IMG/VR virus record: IMGVR_UViG_3300021092_000008
Strand: one strand, 5' to 3'
From: a virus
Length of the DNA: 64,000 bases
Shown piece after piece: positions 49,120 through 57,911 of this stretch. The notes under the pieces are model-generated. The model did not search any database. It was not told the origin of the DNA and was given only the letters and a program-made list of their open reading frames with translations. The translations under genes and the position numbers were made by a program. Each line of letters opens with the position of its first letter. Positions within the stretch are counted from its first letter, which is position 1.

Positions 49120-50151
49120 ATGGATTTTTTATCACAAATAATTAAAGATAGTAAAAATGAATACGTTGGTCTTGTCAGTGACGGGATTGCTGCTGGTGAT
49201 GTTGAATCTTTTATTGATACTGGGAGCTACGTGTTTAATGCCTTGGTTTCTGGTTCGCTATTTGGAGGTATTCCATCCAACAAAATTACTGCTCTTGCTG
49301 GAGAGTCGGGCACTGGTAAGACTTTCTTTTGCCTTAGTGTTGTACGTAGTTTCCTTGATAGCGATCCTAATGCTGGAGTCATTTATTTTGAAACTGAGTC
49401 TGCCATTAGCAAGAACATGATCGAAAGTCGTGGTATTGATTCTAAGCGAATGGTAATCTATCCTGTGGATACCATTGAAGAATTCCGTACTCATGCTGTT
49501 CGTATCATTGATAAATATATAGAACAACCTAAAGAGGAACGTAAACCTCTTATGTTTGTTCTCGACTCTCTTGGTATGCTATCTACGAACAAGGAAGTTG
49601 AAGATGCTTCCAACGATAAAAATGTTCGTGACATGACTAAAGCACAACTTACCAAATCTGTGTTTAGGATTCTAACATTGAAACTTGGTAAAGCAAATAT
49701 TCCAATGCTAGTTACAAACCATACTTACGATGTTATTGGCTCTTACGTTCCTACAAAAGAAATGGGTGGTGGTGCTGGTCTTAAGTACTCTGCTAGCACG
49801 ATCATTTTTCTTTCCAAGAAAAAAGAAAAAGACGGAACCGATTTGGTCGGAAACATTATTAAGTGTGAGGCGAAGAAGTCCCGTTTAACCAGAGAAGGAT
49901 CTAAAGTAGAAACACGTTTGTTTTTTGATGAACGTGGGTTAGAAAAATACTATGGTCTATTAGAACTTGGGGAAGAAGCAGGCATTTGGAAAAATGTTGC
50001 TGGTCGATATGAAGTTGATGGTAAAAAAGTTTACGCCAAAGAAATTTTAAAGAATCCCGAAAAGTATTTTACTGATGATATAATGGCTAGGTTGGAAGAA
50101 AAAGCACGAGAAGAATTTCTTTACGGGGTAGCAGATGACGGAGAGGATTGA
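49120..50151 (+). CDS. uvsX: RecA-like recombinase UvsX
   Basis: [22 protein letters not shown] motifs. Confidence 0.97.
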   Translation: MDFLSQIIKDSKNEYVGLVSDGIAAGDVESFIDTGSYVFNALVSGSLFGGIPSNKITALAGESGTGKTFFCLSVVRSFLDSDPNAGVIYFETESAISKNMIESRGIDSKRMVIYPVDTIEEFRTHAVRIIDKYIEQPKEERKPLMFVLDSLGMLSTNKEVEDASNDKNVRDMTKAQLTKSVFRILTLKLGKANIPMLVTNHTYDVIGSYVPTKEMGGGAGLKYSASTIIFLSKKKEKDGTDLVGNIIKCEAKKSRLTREGSKVETRLFFDERGLEKYYGLLELGEEAGIWKNVAGRYEVDGKKVYAKEILKNPEKYFTDDIMARLEEKAREEFLYGVADDGED

Positions 50152-51526
50152 ATTTACTATCTTAAGAAATCTAGTTTGTAATGAAGATTTCTATCGTAAG
50201 GTAGTTCCTTTTGTCAAACCAGATTATTTTACTGAACAACACGAGCGTGTTATTTACGAAGAGGTCTGGGACTTCGCTAGCAAATATAAAATGATGCCAA
50301 CAGCAGAAGTCTTAGTTATTAATTTACAATCTAGGAAAGATTTAGATGAGGAAACATATACAAACGCTGTTAAGTCAATTAAAGACTTCAATCAAAATGA
50401 GGTTGAACATCAATGGTTGCTCGACACCACAGAAAAGTGGTGTAAAGATAGAGCCATCTATCTCGCACTCTTGGAGTCTATCAAAATCGCAGATGGCGGC
50501 AATCCGAAAGTATCAGCTGATGCGATTCCAAGCATTCTTCAAGATGCCTTAGCAGTATCTTTTGACGAACATGTAGGTCACGATTACGTTGATAACGCTC
50601 AGGAAAGATATGATTTTTACCACCTCCAAGAAGAAAAAATACCCTTTGATCTTGAAAAATTTAACATCATCACAAAGGGTGGTCTTCCAAATAAAACACT
50701 TAATATTGCTTTGGCTGGCACTGGTGTTGGTAAATCTCTCTTTATGTGTCACTGTGCCGCTTCTGCTCTTTCCCAGGGGAAGAATGTTTTATACATCACT
50801 TTGGAAATGGCAGAAGAAAAAATTGCTGAGAGAATTGACGCTAATCTCCTCAACGTAAATATCAAAGATATTAACACATTACCAGAAGCAATCTTTACTT
50901 CTAGGATCATTGAGATTGGAAGAAAAACTCAGGGTCGTCTAATCATCAAAGAATATCCTACAGCAGCTGCTCACACAGGACATTTTAAATCTTTATTAAA
51001 TGAACTGAGTTTGAAGAAGTATTTTAGACCAGATATTATTTTTGTTGATTACTTAAACATCTGTGCTTCTGCTAGATACAAAGGTCATATTGTAAATTCT
51101 TATACTTATGTTAAAGCTATTGCTGAAGAACTACGTGGTCTTGCTGTTGAACACAACGTACCTATTGTCTCAGCGACGCAAACAACCCGTAGTGGTTTTG
51201 GCAATAGCGACGTGGATCTTACTGATACTTCGGAGTCCTTTGGTTTACCTGCCACTGCTGACTTTATGTTTGCTCTTATATCGACGGAGGAGCTTGAGGC
51301 GTCGGGCAGAATCATGGTTAAACAACTCAAGAACAGATACAACGACCCCACCTATCACAAGAGATTTACCGTAGGGGTTGACAGGGCAAAGATGAAGTTG
51401 TATAATGTCGATGATTCAGATGGGTCTGCCCTTGTCACAGATCAAGAGGATGAAACATATGAGTACCTTGAGGATGTCTCTAACCGTCAATCAAGGATGG
51501 ATAAATTTTCTAAATTCGTAATTTAA
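50135..51526 (+). CDS. gp41: Replicative helicase gp41
   Basis: [42 protein letters not shown] motifs. Confidence 0.98.
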   Translation: MTERIEFTILRNLVCNEDFYRKVVPFVKPDYFTEQHERVIYEEVWDFASKYKMMPTAEVLVINLQSRKDLDEETYTNAVKSIKDFNQNEVEHQWLLDTTEKWCKDRAIYLALLESIKIADGGNPKVSADAIPSILQDALAVSFDEHVGHDYVDNAQERYDFYHLQEEKIPFDLEKFNIITKGGLPNKTLNIALAGTGVGKSLFMCHCAASALSQGKNVLYITLEMAEEKIAERIDANLLNVNIKDINTLPEAIFTSRIIEIGRKTQGRLIIKEYPTAAAHTGHFKSLLNELSLKKYFRPDIIFVDYLNICASARYKGHIVNSYTYVKAIAEELRGLAVEHNVPIVSATQTTRSGFGNSDVDLTDTSESFGLPATADFMFALISTEELEASGRIMVKQLKNRYNDPTYHKRFTVGVDRAKMKLYNVDDSDGSALVTDQEDETYEYLEDVSNRQSRMDKFSKFVI

Positions 51527-51529
51527 TGT

Positions 51530-51940
51530 ATGGCAAATCAGATTAATTTTCAACGGTATCAAGAGTTTGTTGATGCTGTTACTTCAGACGCTTCTACAGA
51601 CTTTGTTGCCCTATCTGATCGGCTTGTTGAGTTGGATCGTAAGGGTGCCAATATTGAACGACTGCTTACTGCTGGCGTCGGTATTAATGCTGAGGGTGGT
51701 GAGTTTCTTGAGATCATCAAGAAAATGATTTTCCAAGGCAAACCCTTCAACGAAGATAACCGAGAGCATATGATTATTGAACTTGGTGATCTGATGTGGT
51801 ATGTAGCTCAAGCATGTATTGCTCTTGGAGTTACATTTGAGGAAGTGATTGAACGTAATGTCACTAAACTCGAAAAACGTTATCCAGGTGGTACGTTTGA
51901 TATTTACTACAGCGAAAATCGTGCTGACGATGATCGATAA
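51530..51940 (+). CDS. mazG: MazG-family nucleotide pyrophosphohydrolase
   Basis: AEGGEFLEIIKK, ELGDLMWY, N..KL.KRYP motifs. Confidence 0.93.
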   Translation: MANQINFQRYQEFVDAVTSDASTDFVALSDRLVELDRKGANIERLLTAGVGINAEGGEFLEIIKKMIFQGKPFNEDNREHMIIELGDLMWYVAQACIALGVTFEEVIERNVTKLEKRYPGGTFDIYYSENRADDDR

Positions 51941-51963
51941 ACAAACGGGGTTCGCCCCCAATT

Positions 51964-52048
51964 GGAAGGGTGGTCGAGTGGTTTATGGCACTGGTCTTGA
52001 AAACCAGCGATGTGAAAGCATCCGTGGGTTCAAATCCCACCCCTTCCG
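51964..52048 (+). tRNA. tRNA-Ser (anticodon TGA), CCA not encoded
   Basis: Acceptor stem GGAAGGG/CCCTTCC plus discriminator G; anticodon arm CTGGT-CTTGAAA-ACCAG; long variable arm; T arm GTGGG-TTCAAAT-CCCAC. Confidence 0.95.
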
Positions 52049-52067
52049 TTTTACTATATAAAAAATT

Positions 52068-52268
52068 ATGTATACTAATCTCACAGACTTTGAAAAAGCA
52101 CTTGCTCGATTTGGGGATCGAGTTGAATTAATTATTGGATTAGAAGTTGGCGGTAAGTTAGATGCTGATGAAGCATATCAACAAATCAAAGAAATGCTAA
52201 AACAATTGAAGAAACTTCGTAGAGATGAACTTAGGCATGGTAAAGATTTGGATAATCTAGACTACTAA
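52068..52268 (+). CDS. Small hypothetical protein resembling a cyanobacterial family
   Basis: F..RV..I..LE.GGK....EAYQQIK...KQLK pattern recalled from small cyanobacterial proteins. Confidence 0.65.
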   Translation: MYTNLTDFEKALARFGDRVELIIGLEVGGKLDADEAYQQIKEMLKQLKKLRRDELRHGKDLDNLDY

Positions 52269-52276
52269 TATATTAC

Positions 52277-52310
52277 AACCCTTTCCTAAATATTTGGGAA
52301 GGGGTTTTTT
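52277..52310 (+). terminator. Intrinsic terminator with an embedded late-promoter box
   Basis: AACCCTTTCC-TAAATATTTG-GGAAGGGGTT followed by a T run; CTAAATA at 52286-52292. Confidence 0.75.
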
Positions 52311-52319
52311 GTATCTCAT

Positions 52320-53606
52320 ATGAATTTAACTTGGGGTCAATTTGCTAAAAGAAATCGTTTTGAGAACAATGTAACTGTTCTTTATAACAGAGCAAAAAAC
52401 AATGAACCTATGCACTTCATTGATAAGCAAGGAAATATCAATGGAGATGGCATGAAATTGTATGTGAAGTATTTACATCTTGCAATTCCAAATATTAAAA
52501 ACGGTAGATTAGTTTCTAATAAAAGAACTATTGATAGAACTTTTAATTTGGGAAGAGGTAATGCTTCCTTTCAAAGTGCCGCTGCTTTATTAAAAGCATT
52601 GTATGAAAGTGGCATACCAAGAAGAGTTGTTATGTCTGGAGCTTATAATAATTTTCCAGTTGAAATGTCATTGAGCGAAACAAAAACTGGAACTAAATAC
52701 CCTCTTAGTTATTTTTTAAAAGATTTTGATTTTGGTGGGCAGTTAGCACCAGGACAAAATATTCAAGTCAATTGGGGGTTGTTAGGTTATTGGGTAAATG
52801 AAGTTGGGATGACATATAAACTTAATGTTCCTTCTATTAAAGAAAGGGGAGAGTTAAATTTATTGACAGATCTCAATAAAGCAGTAATGAATATTGTTGA
52901 GCATAGGGGAATGGGATTTGCTGATGGTATTACAATAACAGTTGGAGATAATAATCCAAAGACATTTCATAATATTGTTGGGTTTAATAAACAAGAGGGG
53001 CATGTAAAAGCTGATATTGTTATGGTTCAAAAAGATGGTAATACCTTAAAGGATGTAGCTTGGTTTTCTCATAAGGAAGGATATAAAGCAAATCACTTCC
53101 AGCAATGGGGTGGGGTATCACACTTTTTAAATGATAAGGATGAAACTTTAGATGTCTTTCCAGAGATTAGAAAGTTTGGAAACTACATGAAAAAAATATG
53201 TGGTAGAGGAGGACTGTATGATTTCAGTACTCCAGCTGGAAAAGGATTTACAGCAATGATGGATATACAGGATAAAGCACTAAAGATGCAATCTGTTTAC
53301 GGAAAAGATTTTACTCCTGGATCAAATTTTGGTAAGTCAAACTGTACTGGTGTACTACAGGGCGATGCTTCCATCGTCAGCAACGGGGCAGATAAGTATA
53401 AGTTACAGATGAGCGCCCATGCCCACATAAATCCTTATGAGATGACTGGTGACTATGACCCAGTTCTTATGATAATATACAAGGGTGACCGAAATGATCT
53501 TGGCATCACTGGCGCCAGGGTGGTTGTCCAACCACGGGAAAGTCGAAACGCTAAGTTTGTTGTTACCAAAGACAGAAACGGAAATTACCAAATGAATCCA
53601 ACATGA
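52320..53606 (+). CDS. Hypothetical protein with a PD-(D/E)xK-like nuclease domain candidate
   Basis: 428 aa ORF with a GE...KADIV...FSHK....FQQWGG arrangement. Confidence 0.6.
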   Translation: MNLTWGQFAKRNRFENNVTVLYNRAKNNEPMHFIDKQGNINGDGMKLYVKYLHLAIPNIKNGRLVSNKRTIDRTFNLGRGNASFQSAAALLKALYESGIPRRVVMSGAYNNFPVEMSLSETKTGTKYPLSYFLKDFDFGGQLAPGQNIQVNWGLLGYWVNEVGMTYKLNVPSIKERGELNLLTDLNKAVMNIVEHRGMGFADGITITVGDNNPKTFHNIVGFNKQEGHVKADIVMVQKDGNTLKDVAWFSHKEGYKANHFQQWGGVSHFLNDKDETLDVFPEIRKFGNYMKKICGRGGLYDFSTPAGKGFTAMMDIQDKALKMQSVYGKDFTPGSNFGKSNCTGVLQGDASIVSNGADKYKLQMSAHAHINPYEMTGDYDPVLMIIYKGDRNDLGITGARVVVQPRESRNAKFVVTKDRNGNYQMNPT

Positions 53607-54814
53607 GCAAAAATACTCACCTAGAACACTTAGAAGACAGCATTCTTTTTGATGGAGAAGAAGGAGCAAAAGATGCTTTTGCTTTTTTAGATTCTCTCAC
53701 TAAAACTTTTAGTGGAACTCCTTCTAGTAACTTTATGATCACTACAAAATGGGATGGTGCTCCCGCTATCGTTTGTGGTGTTGATCCAAAGAATGGAGAT
53801 TTCTTTGTTGGAACAAAATCAGTATTTAATAAAACAGAACCTAAAGTTAATTATAGTGATGCTTACATCGAAGCAAACCATGGCAATTCTTCTGGTCTTG
53901 TGGAAAAACTTAAAGTAGCACTACAGTATTTTCCTGAACTTGGAATCAAAGGAATTATTCAAGGCGACCTTTTGTTTACTGATGATGCCAGAGAAGAAAA
54001 GATTGACGGTGTTGATTACTTAACTTTTACCCCCAACACTATTACATACGCTATCCCTAAAGGTACTCCTGCTTACGAAAAGGCAAAGAGAGCTAAGGTT
54101 GGTGTGGTATTTCATACACGCTATGTTGGTGCTAGCATTGCTGAATCCCATGCTACCTTTGGTGTTAATGTGAATGAGTTTAAAAAGACTAGTAATGTTT
54201 TTGTTATCAGTGCTGAGGTAGATACAATGGGAAGTAATATGATTCTCAATGCTTTTGAACGTCGTAATCTCAGCAATATGAAAAGAACTGCTATACCAGC
54301 TCTTCGTTCTGCTGGTTCTTTCTTAAATGAAATTTCCGAACAGATTAATTCAAAAGATAATTTTAGTATTGGCACTCGCCTTAAAACCTATTTCAATACC
54401 TATGTGAGAGAGGGTAAAAAAATTAATAACCTTTCTCGTTTCATTGATGACTTTAAAAAGAACTATCATGAAACCATGATGAAGGAAGTTAACAAAGTTA
54501 AGCAGGAAAAAACTAAAGCTGTTAAACTTAAAAAACTTTACGATGGTATAGAGTATGTTGAAAAAAATGTTGCTGGATTCAAAGCAACTATTACTCTTTA
54601 TGTAATTCTTCAAAATGCCAAGAACATGTTTGTAAAAAAACTTGCTTCTGCTGATAGCACTAGAACTTTTCTTCGTACTGATGATGGATTCCGTGTTACT
54701 GCTCCTGAAGGATTTGTTGCTATTAAAGATGGTAACGCTACTAAACTTGTAGATCGTCTGGAATTCAGTCAGGCAAACTTTACGTTACAAAAGAACTGGG
54801 TCAAGGGAAACTAA
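53603..54814 (+). CDS. Conserved T4-like phage protein (DUF6267-like) with ligase-type nucleotidyltransferase motifs
   Basis: NTHLEHLED, TTKWDG (KxDG), QGDLLF, PEGFV, KLVDRLEFS motifs. Confidence 0.7.
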   Translation: MSKNTHLEHLEDSILFDGEEGAKDAFAFLDSLTKTFSGTPSSNFMITTKWDGAPAIVCGVDPKNGDFFVGTKSVFNKTEPKVNYSDAYIEANHGNSSGLVEKLKVALQYFPELGIKGIIQGDLLFTDDAREEKIDGVDYLTFTPNTITYAIPKGTPAYEKAKRAKVGVVFHTRYVGASIAESHATFGVNVNEFKKTSNVFVISAEVDTMGSNMILNAFERRNLSNMKRTAIPALRSAGSFLNEISEQINSKDNFSIGTRLKTYFNTYVREGKKINNLSRFIDDFKKNYHETMMKEVNKVKQEKTKAVKLKKLYDGIEYVEKNVAGFKATITLYVILQNAKNMFVKKLASADSTRTFLRTDDGFRVTAPEGFVAIKDGNATKLVDRLEFSQANFTLQKNWVKGN

Positions 54815-54817
54815 ATA
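54810..54817 (+). promoter_or_regulatory. T4-type late promoter (ACTAAATA)
   Basis: Overlaps the stop of the upstream gene, 10 nt before the next ATG. Confidence 0.65.
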
Positions 54818-54826
54818 CAAATAAAA

Positions 54827-55381
54827 ATGTTTAAGAAAGTAGTCATCACTTTCGGTCGCTTCAATCCTCCCACCATTGGTCATGAAAAATTGATCAATGC
54901 TGTGGCGAAGACTGCTGGCACTGATGATTATAAAATTTACACAAGTCACACTAAAGATAAGAAAAAAAATCCTTTATCTGCTGATCAGAAAGTTGGATAC
55001 ATGAAAAAAATGTTTCCAACACATAAGGATCATATCATGTTGAATGATGAATTGAAAACCATCATTAAAGTTCTTCAAAGTTTACAAGGCGATTATGCTG
55101 ATGTGGTTCTTGTAGTTGGCAGTGATCGTGTTCAGGAAATGGATTCGCTTATACAAAAATATAATGGAGTAGAGTATACATTTAAATCTTTAAAAGTTAA
55201 ATCTGCTGGTGAGCGTGACCCTGATGCTGATGGTGCTACTGGTATGTCGGCAAGTAAAATGAGAGAAGCAGCTTCTGTTGCTAATGTGGATCAATTTCGT
55301 AAAGGAATACCAAACACATTAAATGATAGTGACATGATGAAATTAATGAAAGAAGTTAGAGAAGGTTTGGGAATCAAATGA
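54827..55381 (+). CDS. Cytidylyltransferase-like (HIGH-family) nucleotidyltransferase
   Basis: FGRFNPPTIGH, KNPL, VVGSDR, MSASKMR motifs. Confidence 0.88.
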   Translation: MFKKVVITFGRFNPPTIGHEKLINAVAKTAGTDDYKIYTSHTKDKKKNPLSADQKVGYMKKMFPTHKDHIMLNDELKTIIKVLQSLQGDYADVVLVVGSDRVQEMDSLIQKYNGVEYTFKSLKVKSAGERDPDADGATGMSASKMREAASVANVDQFRKGIPNTLNDSDMMKLMKEVREGLGIK

Positions 55382-55668
55382 AAGATTTTAGGAAATTAAG
55401 AGAAGAAGCATTACGTCAGCAATATCGTGCTAAGGATGTTTTTGTTGAAGGTGATTATATTATGTCATCTGTTACAGGAGAAAAAGGTCGTATTCATAGA
55501 TCTGGAACTAACTATGTGATTGCCATCACTGAAGATGGTAAGATGTTTCGTGCTTGGGTAAAAGATATTAGAGAACTCAATTTAACAGAAAGCATAAATA
55601 AAGAAAAAGAAAGTATTATTTTCAATAATGGAAAGACAAAAAACGACAACCCAAGTGAAGCATCTTGA
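55378..55668 (+). CDS. Hypothetical protein (SH3/KOW-like beta barrel candidate)
   Basis: F.EGD.I......G.I.R.GTNYVI......MFR.WV.DI pattern. Confidence 0.7.
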   Translation: MKDFRKLREEALRQQYRAKDVFVEGDYIMSSVTGEKGRIHRSGTNYVIAITEDGKMFRAWVKDIRELNLTESINKEKESIIFNNGKTKNDNPSEAS

Positions 55669-56551
55669 TGCTTTCTCACAAGCATTGATTCAATCAACTG
55701 CTTCTTATCTTGGTGAGGAAGGCATTCCTACTCTTGAGAAACCAGCTACGGAAGAATCTACTGAAAAAAAAGATCCAAAAGCAAATGCTCATGCTGCCGA
55801 TCCTGCTGTAGTTCTCAGTAATAATTTGAGAACTGGTACTGGTATTAAGCAATCACACGGCGCTACAATTAAGTACACTAACGTAGTTGCTAAAGAAGAA
55901 GTACATAAAGAAAAAGAAGAAAAATGTGAGAAAAAGAACAAAGAGGAAAAAATGAAAGAATCATTTAATCTTTATGTTGAAGGTGTTCATTATGTTTTTG
56001 AAAAAGCAAAAGGTCTTGATGGTAAAGCTTGCTGGAAAGGATATAAGTTAGCAGGCACCAAACAAAAAGGCGGCAAGACAGTTGATAACTGTGTAAAAGC
56101 TGGTTACGAACCATTTGGAGAACTTATCCTTGATGAAAAGACATCTTCAAGTGATACATATGGACATATGGTAAATTACATTGAAGAGAAGAATGGTTTG
56201 TATGCCAACATCCATGCCAAGCGTAAGCGTGGAGGAGCACCTGCCAAACCAGGGCACGAAGATTATCCAGCAAAGGATGCTTTTAAAAAAGCAGCAAAAA
56301 CTGCCAAGAAAGAAGAGTATGATGTAGATACCGCTAATCAACTGTGGTCTGAAGTTGCTGAGAAACTTGAGCAACTTGGAGAAATGGATGGATCTAAGTT
56401 TAAAGTTATTGGTGAAAAGAAATTAGATCCAGTCGGTAAAGAAGATGGAGACATCGACAACGATGGTGATAAGGATAAGTCAGATAGTTATCTCCATGCC
56501 CGTCGTAAAAAAATAACTAACATTATTGCCAAGTCAAAAGGAAAAAAGTGA
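55628..56551 (+). CDS. Lys/Glu-rich modular late protein (putative internal head protein)
   Basis: Late box CATAAATA at 55593-55600; short modules such as CWKGYK, GLYANIHAKRKR and LDPVGKEDGDIDNDGD. Confidence 0.75.
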   Translation: MERQKTTTQVKHLDAFSQALIQSTASYLGEEGIPTLEKPATEESTEKKDPKANAHAADPAVVLSNNLRTGTGIKQSHGATIKYTNVVAKEEVHKEKEEKCEKKNKEEKMKESFNLYVEGVHYVFEKAKGLDGKACWKGYKLAGTKQKGGKTVDNCVKAGYEPFGELILDEKTSSSDTYGHMVNYIEEKNGLYANIHAKRKRGGAPAKPGHEDYPAKDAFKKAAKTAKKEEYDVDTANQLWSEVAEKLEQLGEMDGSKFKVIGEKKLDPVGKEDGDIDNDGDKDKSDSYLHARRKKITNIIAKSKGKK

Positions 56552-56700
56552 ATGAGGCATCTGCCGTAGAGGTGATGCCTGATATTCCTGACAAACCTTT
56601 GGATGATATGGATCAAAAAAAGAATAGTAAGTATATTAAGAAAGCTATTAAAAATCAACAAAAAGGCGAAAAAGGAATAAATAAATTTACGTCAACATAA
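56548..56700 (+). CDS. Small hypothetical protein (50 aa, GTG start, not in the ORF track)
   Basis: MNEASAVEVMPDIPDKPLDDMDQKKNSKYIKKAIKNQQKGEKGINKFTST; GTGA overlap with the upstream stop. Confidence 0.5.
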   Translation: MNEASAVEVMPDIPDKPLDDMDQKKNSKYIKKAIKNQQKGEKGINKFTST

Positions 56701-56718
56701 ATTTATTGGAGTAATATA

Positions 56719-56898
56719 ATGTCCGCACTCGTCGCCTGGGCTCTCGCCAACCAAGCTTTAATTGCTACAGTTCTCTTTGCAGTTTCTGAAGCACTTGGAG
56801 CAACCCCCAAAGTTAAGTCAAATGGTATTCTTTCACTCATTCTTCTTCAAGTCCAAGGACAATTGAAGAGAAAGGGTGCTAAAGATCTGACTCCCTGA
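56719..56898 (+). CDS. Small membrane protein (59 aa, not in the ORF track)
   Basis: MSALVAWALANQALIATVLFAVSEALGATPKVKSNGILSLILLQVQGQLKRKGAKDLTP; GGAG RBS; AATAAATA at 56676-56683. Confidence 0.75.
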   Translation: MSALVAWALANQALIATVLFAVSEALGATPKVKSNGILSLILLQVQGQLKRKGAKDLTP

Positions 56899-56903
56899 TA
56901 TTT

Positions 56904-56930
56904 AAGAGACCTTTAAGGTCTCTTTTTTTT
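56904..56930 (+). terminator. Intrinsic terminator
   Basis: AAGAGACC-TTTAA-GGTCTCTT followed by a T run. Confidence 0.85.
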
Positions 56931-56937
56931 ATAAATA
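56930..56937 (+). promoter_or_regulatory. T4-type late promoter (TATAAATA)
   Basis: Exact consensus directly after the terminator. Confidence 0.8.
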
Positions 56938-56972
56938 CCTAATAGATATAAAGTTAGATTCGGAGAAATTAA

Positions 56973-57548
56973 ATGTCTCTATACGGTAGAACCGATTCAG
57001 TTGCTAATCAAACAAAAGCATCGATTGGAGTTGCTGCTTCGTCTCAAGATAAAACAATCGTATTTGTTGATGACACAGAAGTTGCTCTTTCAGAAAATAA
57101 GAAAAGAGGAATTCATGCCCCAGGTTGGTGGTCATATTATACCTTCACTGATTGTGAAGGAAACACTCGCCATAAAGCTGAGTGCTTATTAACTCTTGCT
57201 GATCCAGATACTAATGCTAATGAGACTCAAGATGATGACACCATCGCAGCAGACGTAACATCTGTAATCACCATTACTACACAACCAACAGACCAGACAA
57301 CTTCTCAAGGCGATGCTACATTCACCGTGGTTGCTACAGCTAATGTTGGAACTGTCACCTTCCAGTGGCAGCGTAGAACAACTAGTGGTGGTAGATTTAC
57401 AAATGTCTCTGGTGCTACAAGTGCTTCACTTGTTCTCGCTGGACAGACTGCTTCTGCCGATAGTCATGAGTATCGTGTCAAACTGAATTCAACTGCTGGT
57501 GCTACTGAAGTAATCTCTAACGAAGTTACCCTCACATTCGGCACCTGA
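56973..57548 (+). CDS. Virion structural protein with a C-terminal Ig-like domain (Hoc-like decoration candidate)
   Basis: ITITTQP......ATFTV.A......FQWQ.....GATSASL.......YRV is an Ig I-set-like pattern; late promoter upstream. Confidence 0.75.
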   Translation: MSLYGRTDSVANQTKASIGVAASSQDKTIVFVDDTEVALSENKKRGIHAPGWWSYYTFTDCEGNTRHKAECLLTLADPDTNANETQDDDTIAADVTSVITITTQPTDQTTSQGDATFTVVATANVGTVTFQWQRRTTSGGRFTNVSGATSASLVLAGQTASADSHEYRVKLNSTAGATEVISNEVTLTFGT

Positions 57549-57554
57549 TAATGT

Positions 57555-57911
57555 ATGTTATTTGATGAGTTGACAAAAGAAAATTGGATGATGTTCGCTA
57601 TTAAACATTATGATAATCCTACATCAGTTACCTATGAAGATTTTGAAGAGGATATAAATCGATTCAAATATATTAAAAGGTTACTTCGTAGATATGAAAC
57701 AACAGGTGAATTGAAAACTCATCTTATTCTCAATCATATAATTTTAATGTATAATGTATTTGGTGATGCTGCTACGCCATTATTGTTTTTTAAAATCGAA
57801 GCCATATCCTGGCCAGTTTTAAAAGCATTTCTGTTATTCCTAAATAGATTACCAGAACCACTTAATAACACGGTTGATCAAGAATGTCTGAAAGCACTGA
57901 ATCTAATTTAA
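57555..57911 (+). CDS. Conserved T4-like phage hypothetical protein
   Basis: FAIKHYDNP, RFKYIKRL, LILNH.I..YNVFG motifs. Confidence 0.8.
   Translation: MLFDELTKENWMMFAIKHYDNPTSVTYEDFEEDINRFKYIKRLLRRYETTGELKTHLILNHIILMYNVFGDAATPLLFFKIEAISWPVLKAFLLFLNRLPEPLNNTVDQECLKALNLI

Noticed and set aside
51849-52061. 70 aa ORF from the track
   Set aside because: It overlaps mazG and the whole tRNA-Ser gene, which explain the sequence.
54827-55381. CCA-adding enzyme for the CCA-less tRNA
   Set aside because: The protein has HIGH-family motifs, whereas CCA-adding enzymes belong to the Pol-beta nucleotidyltransferase fold.
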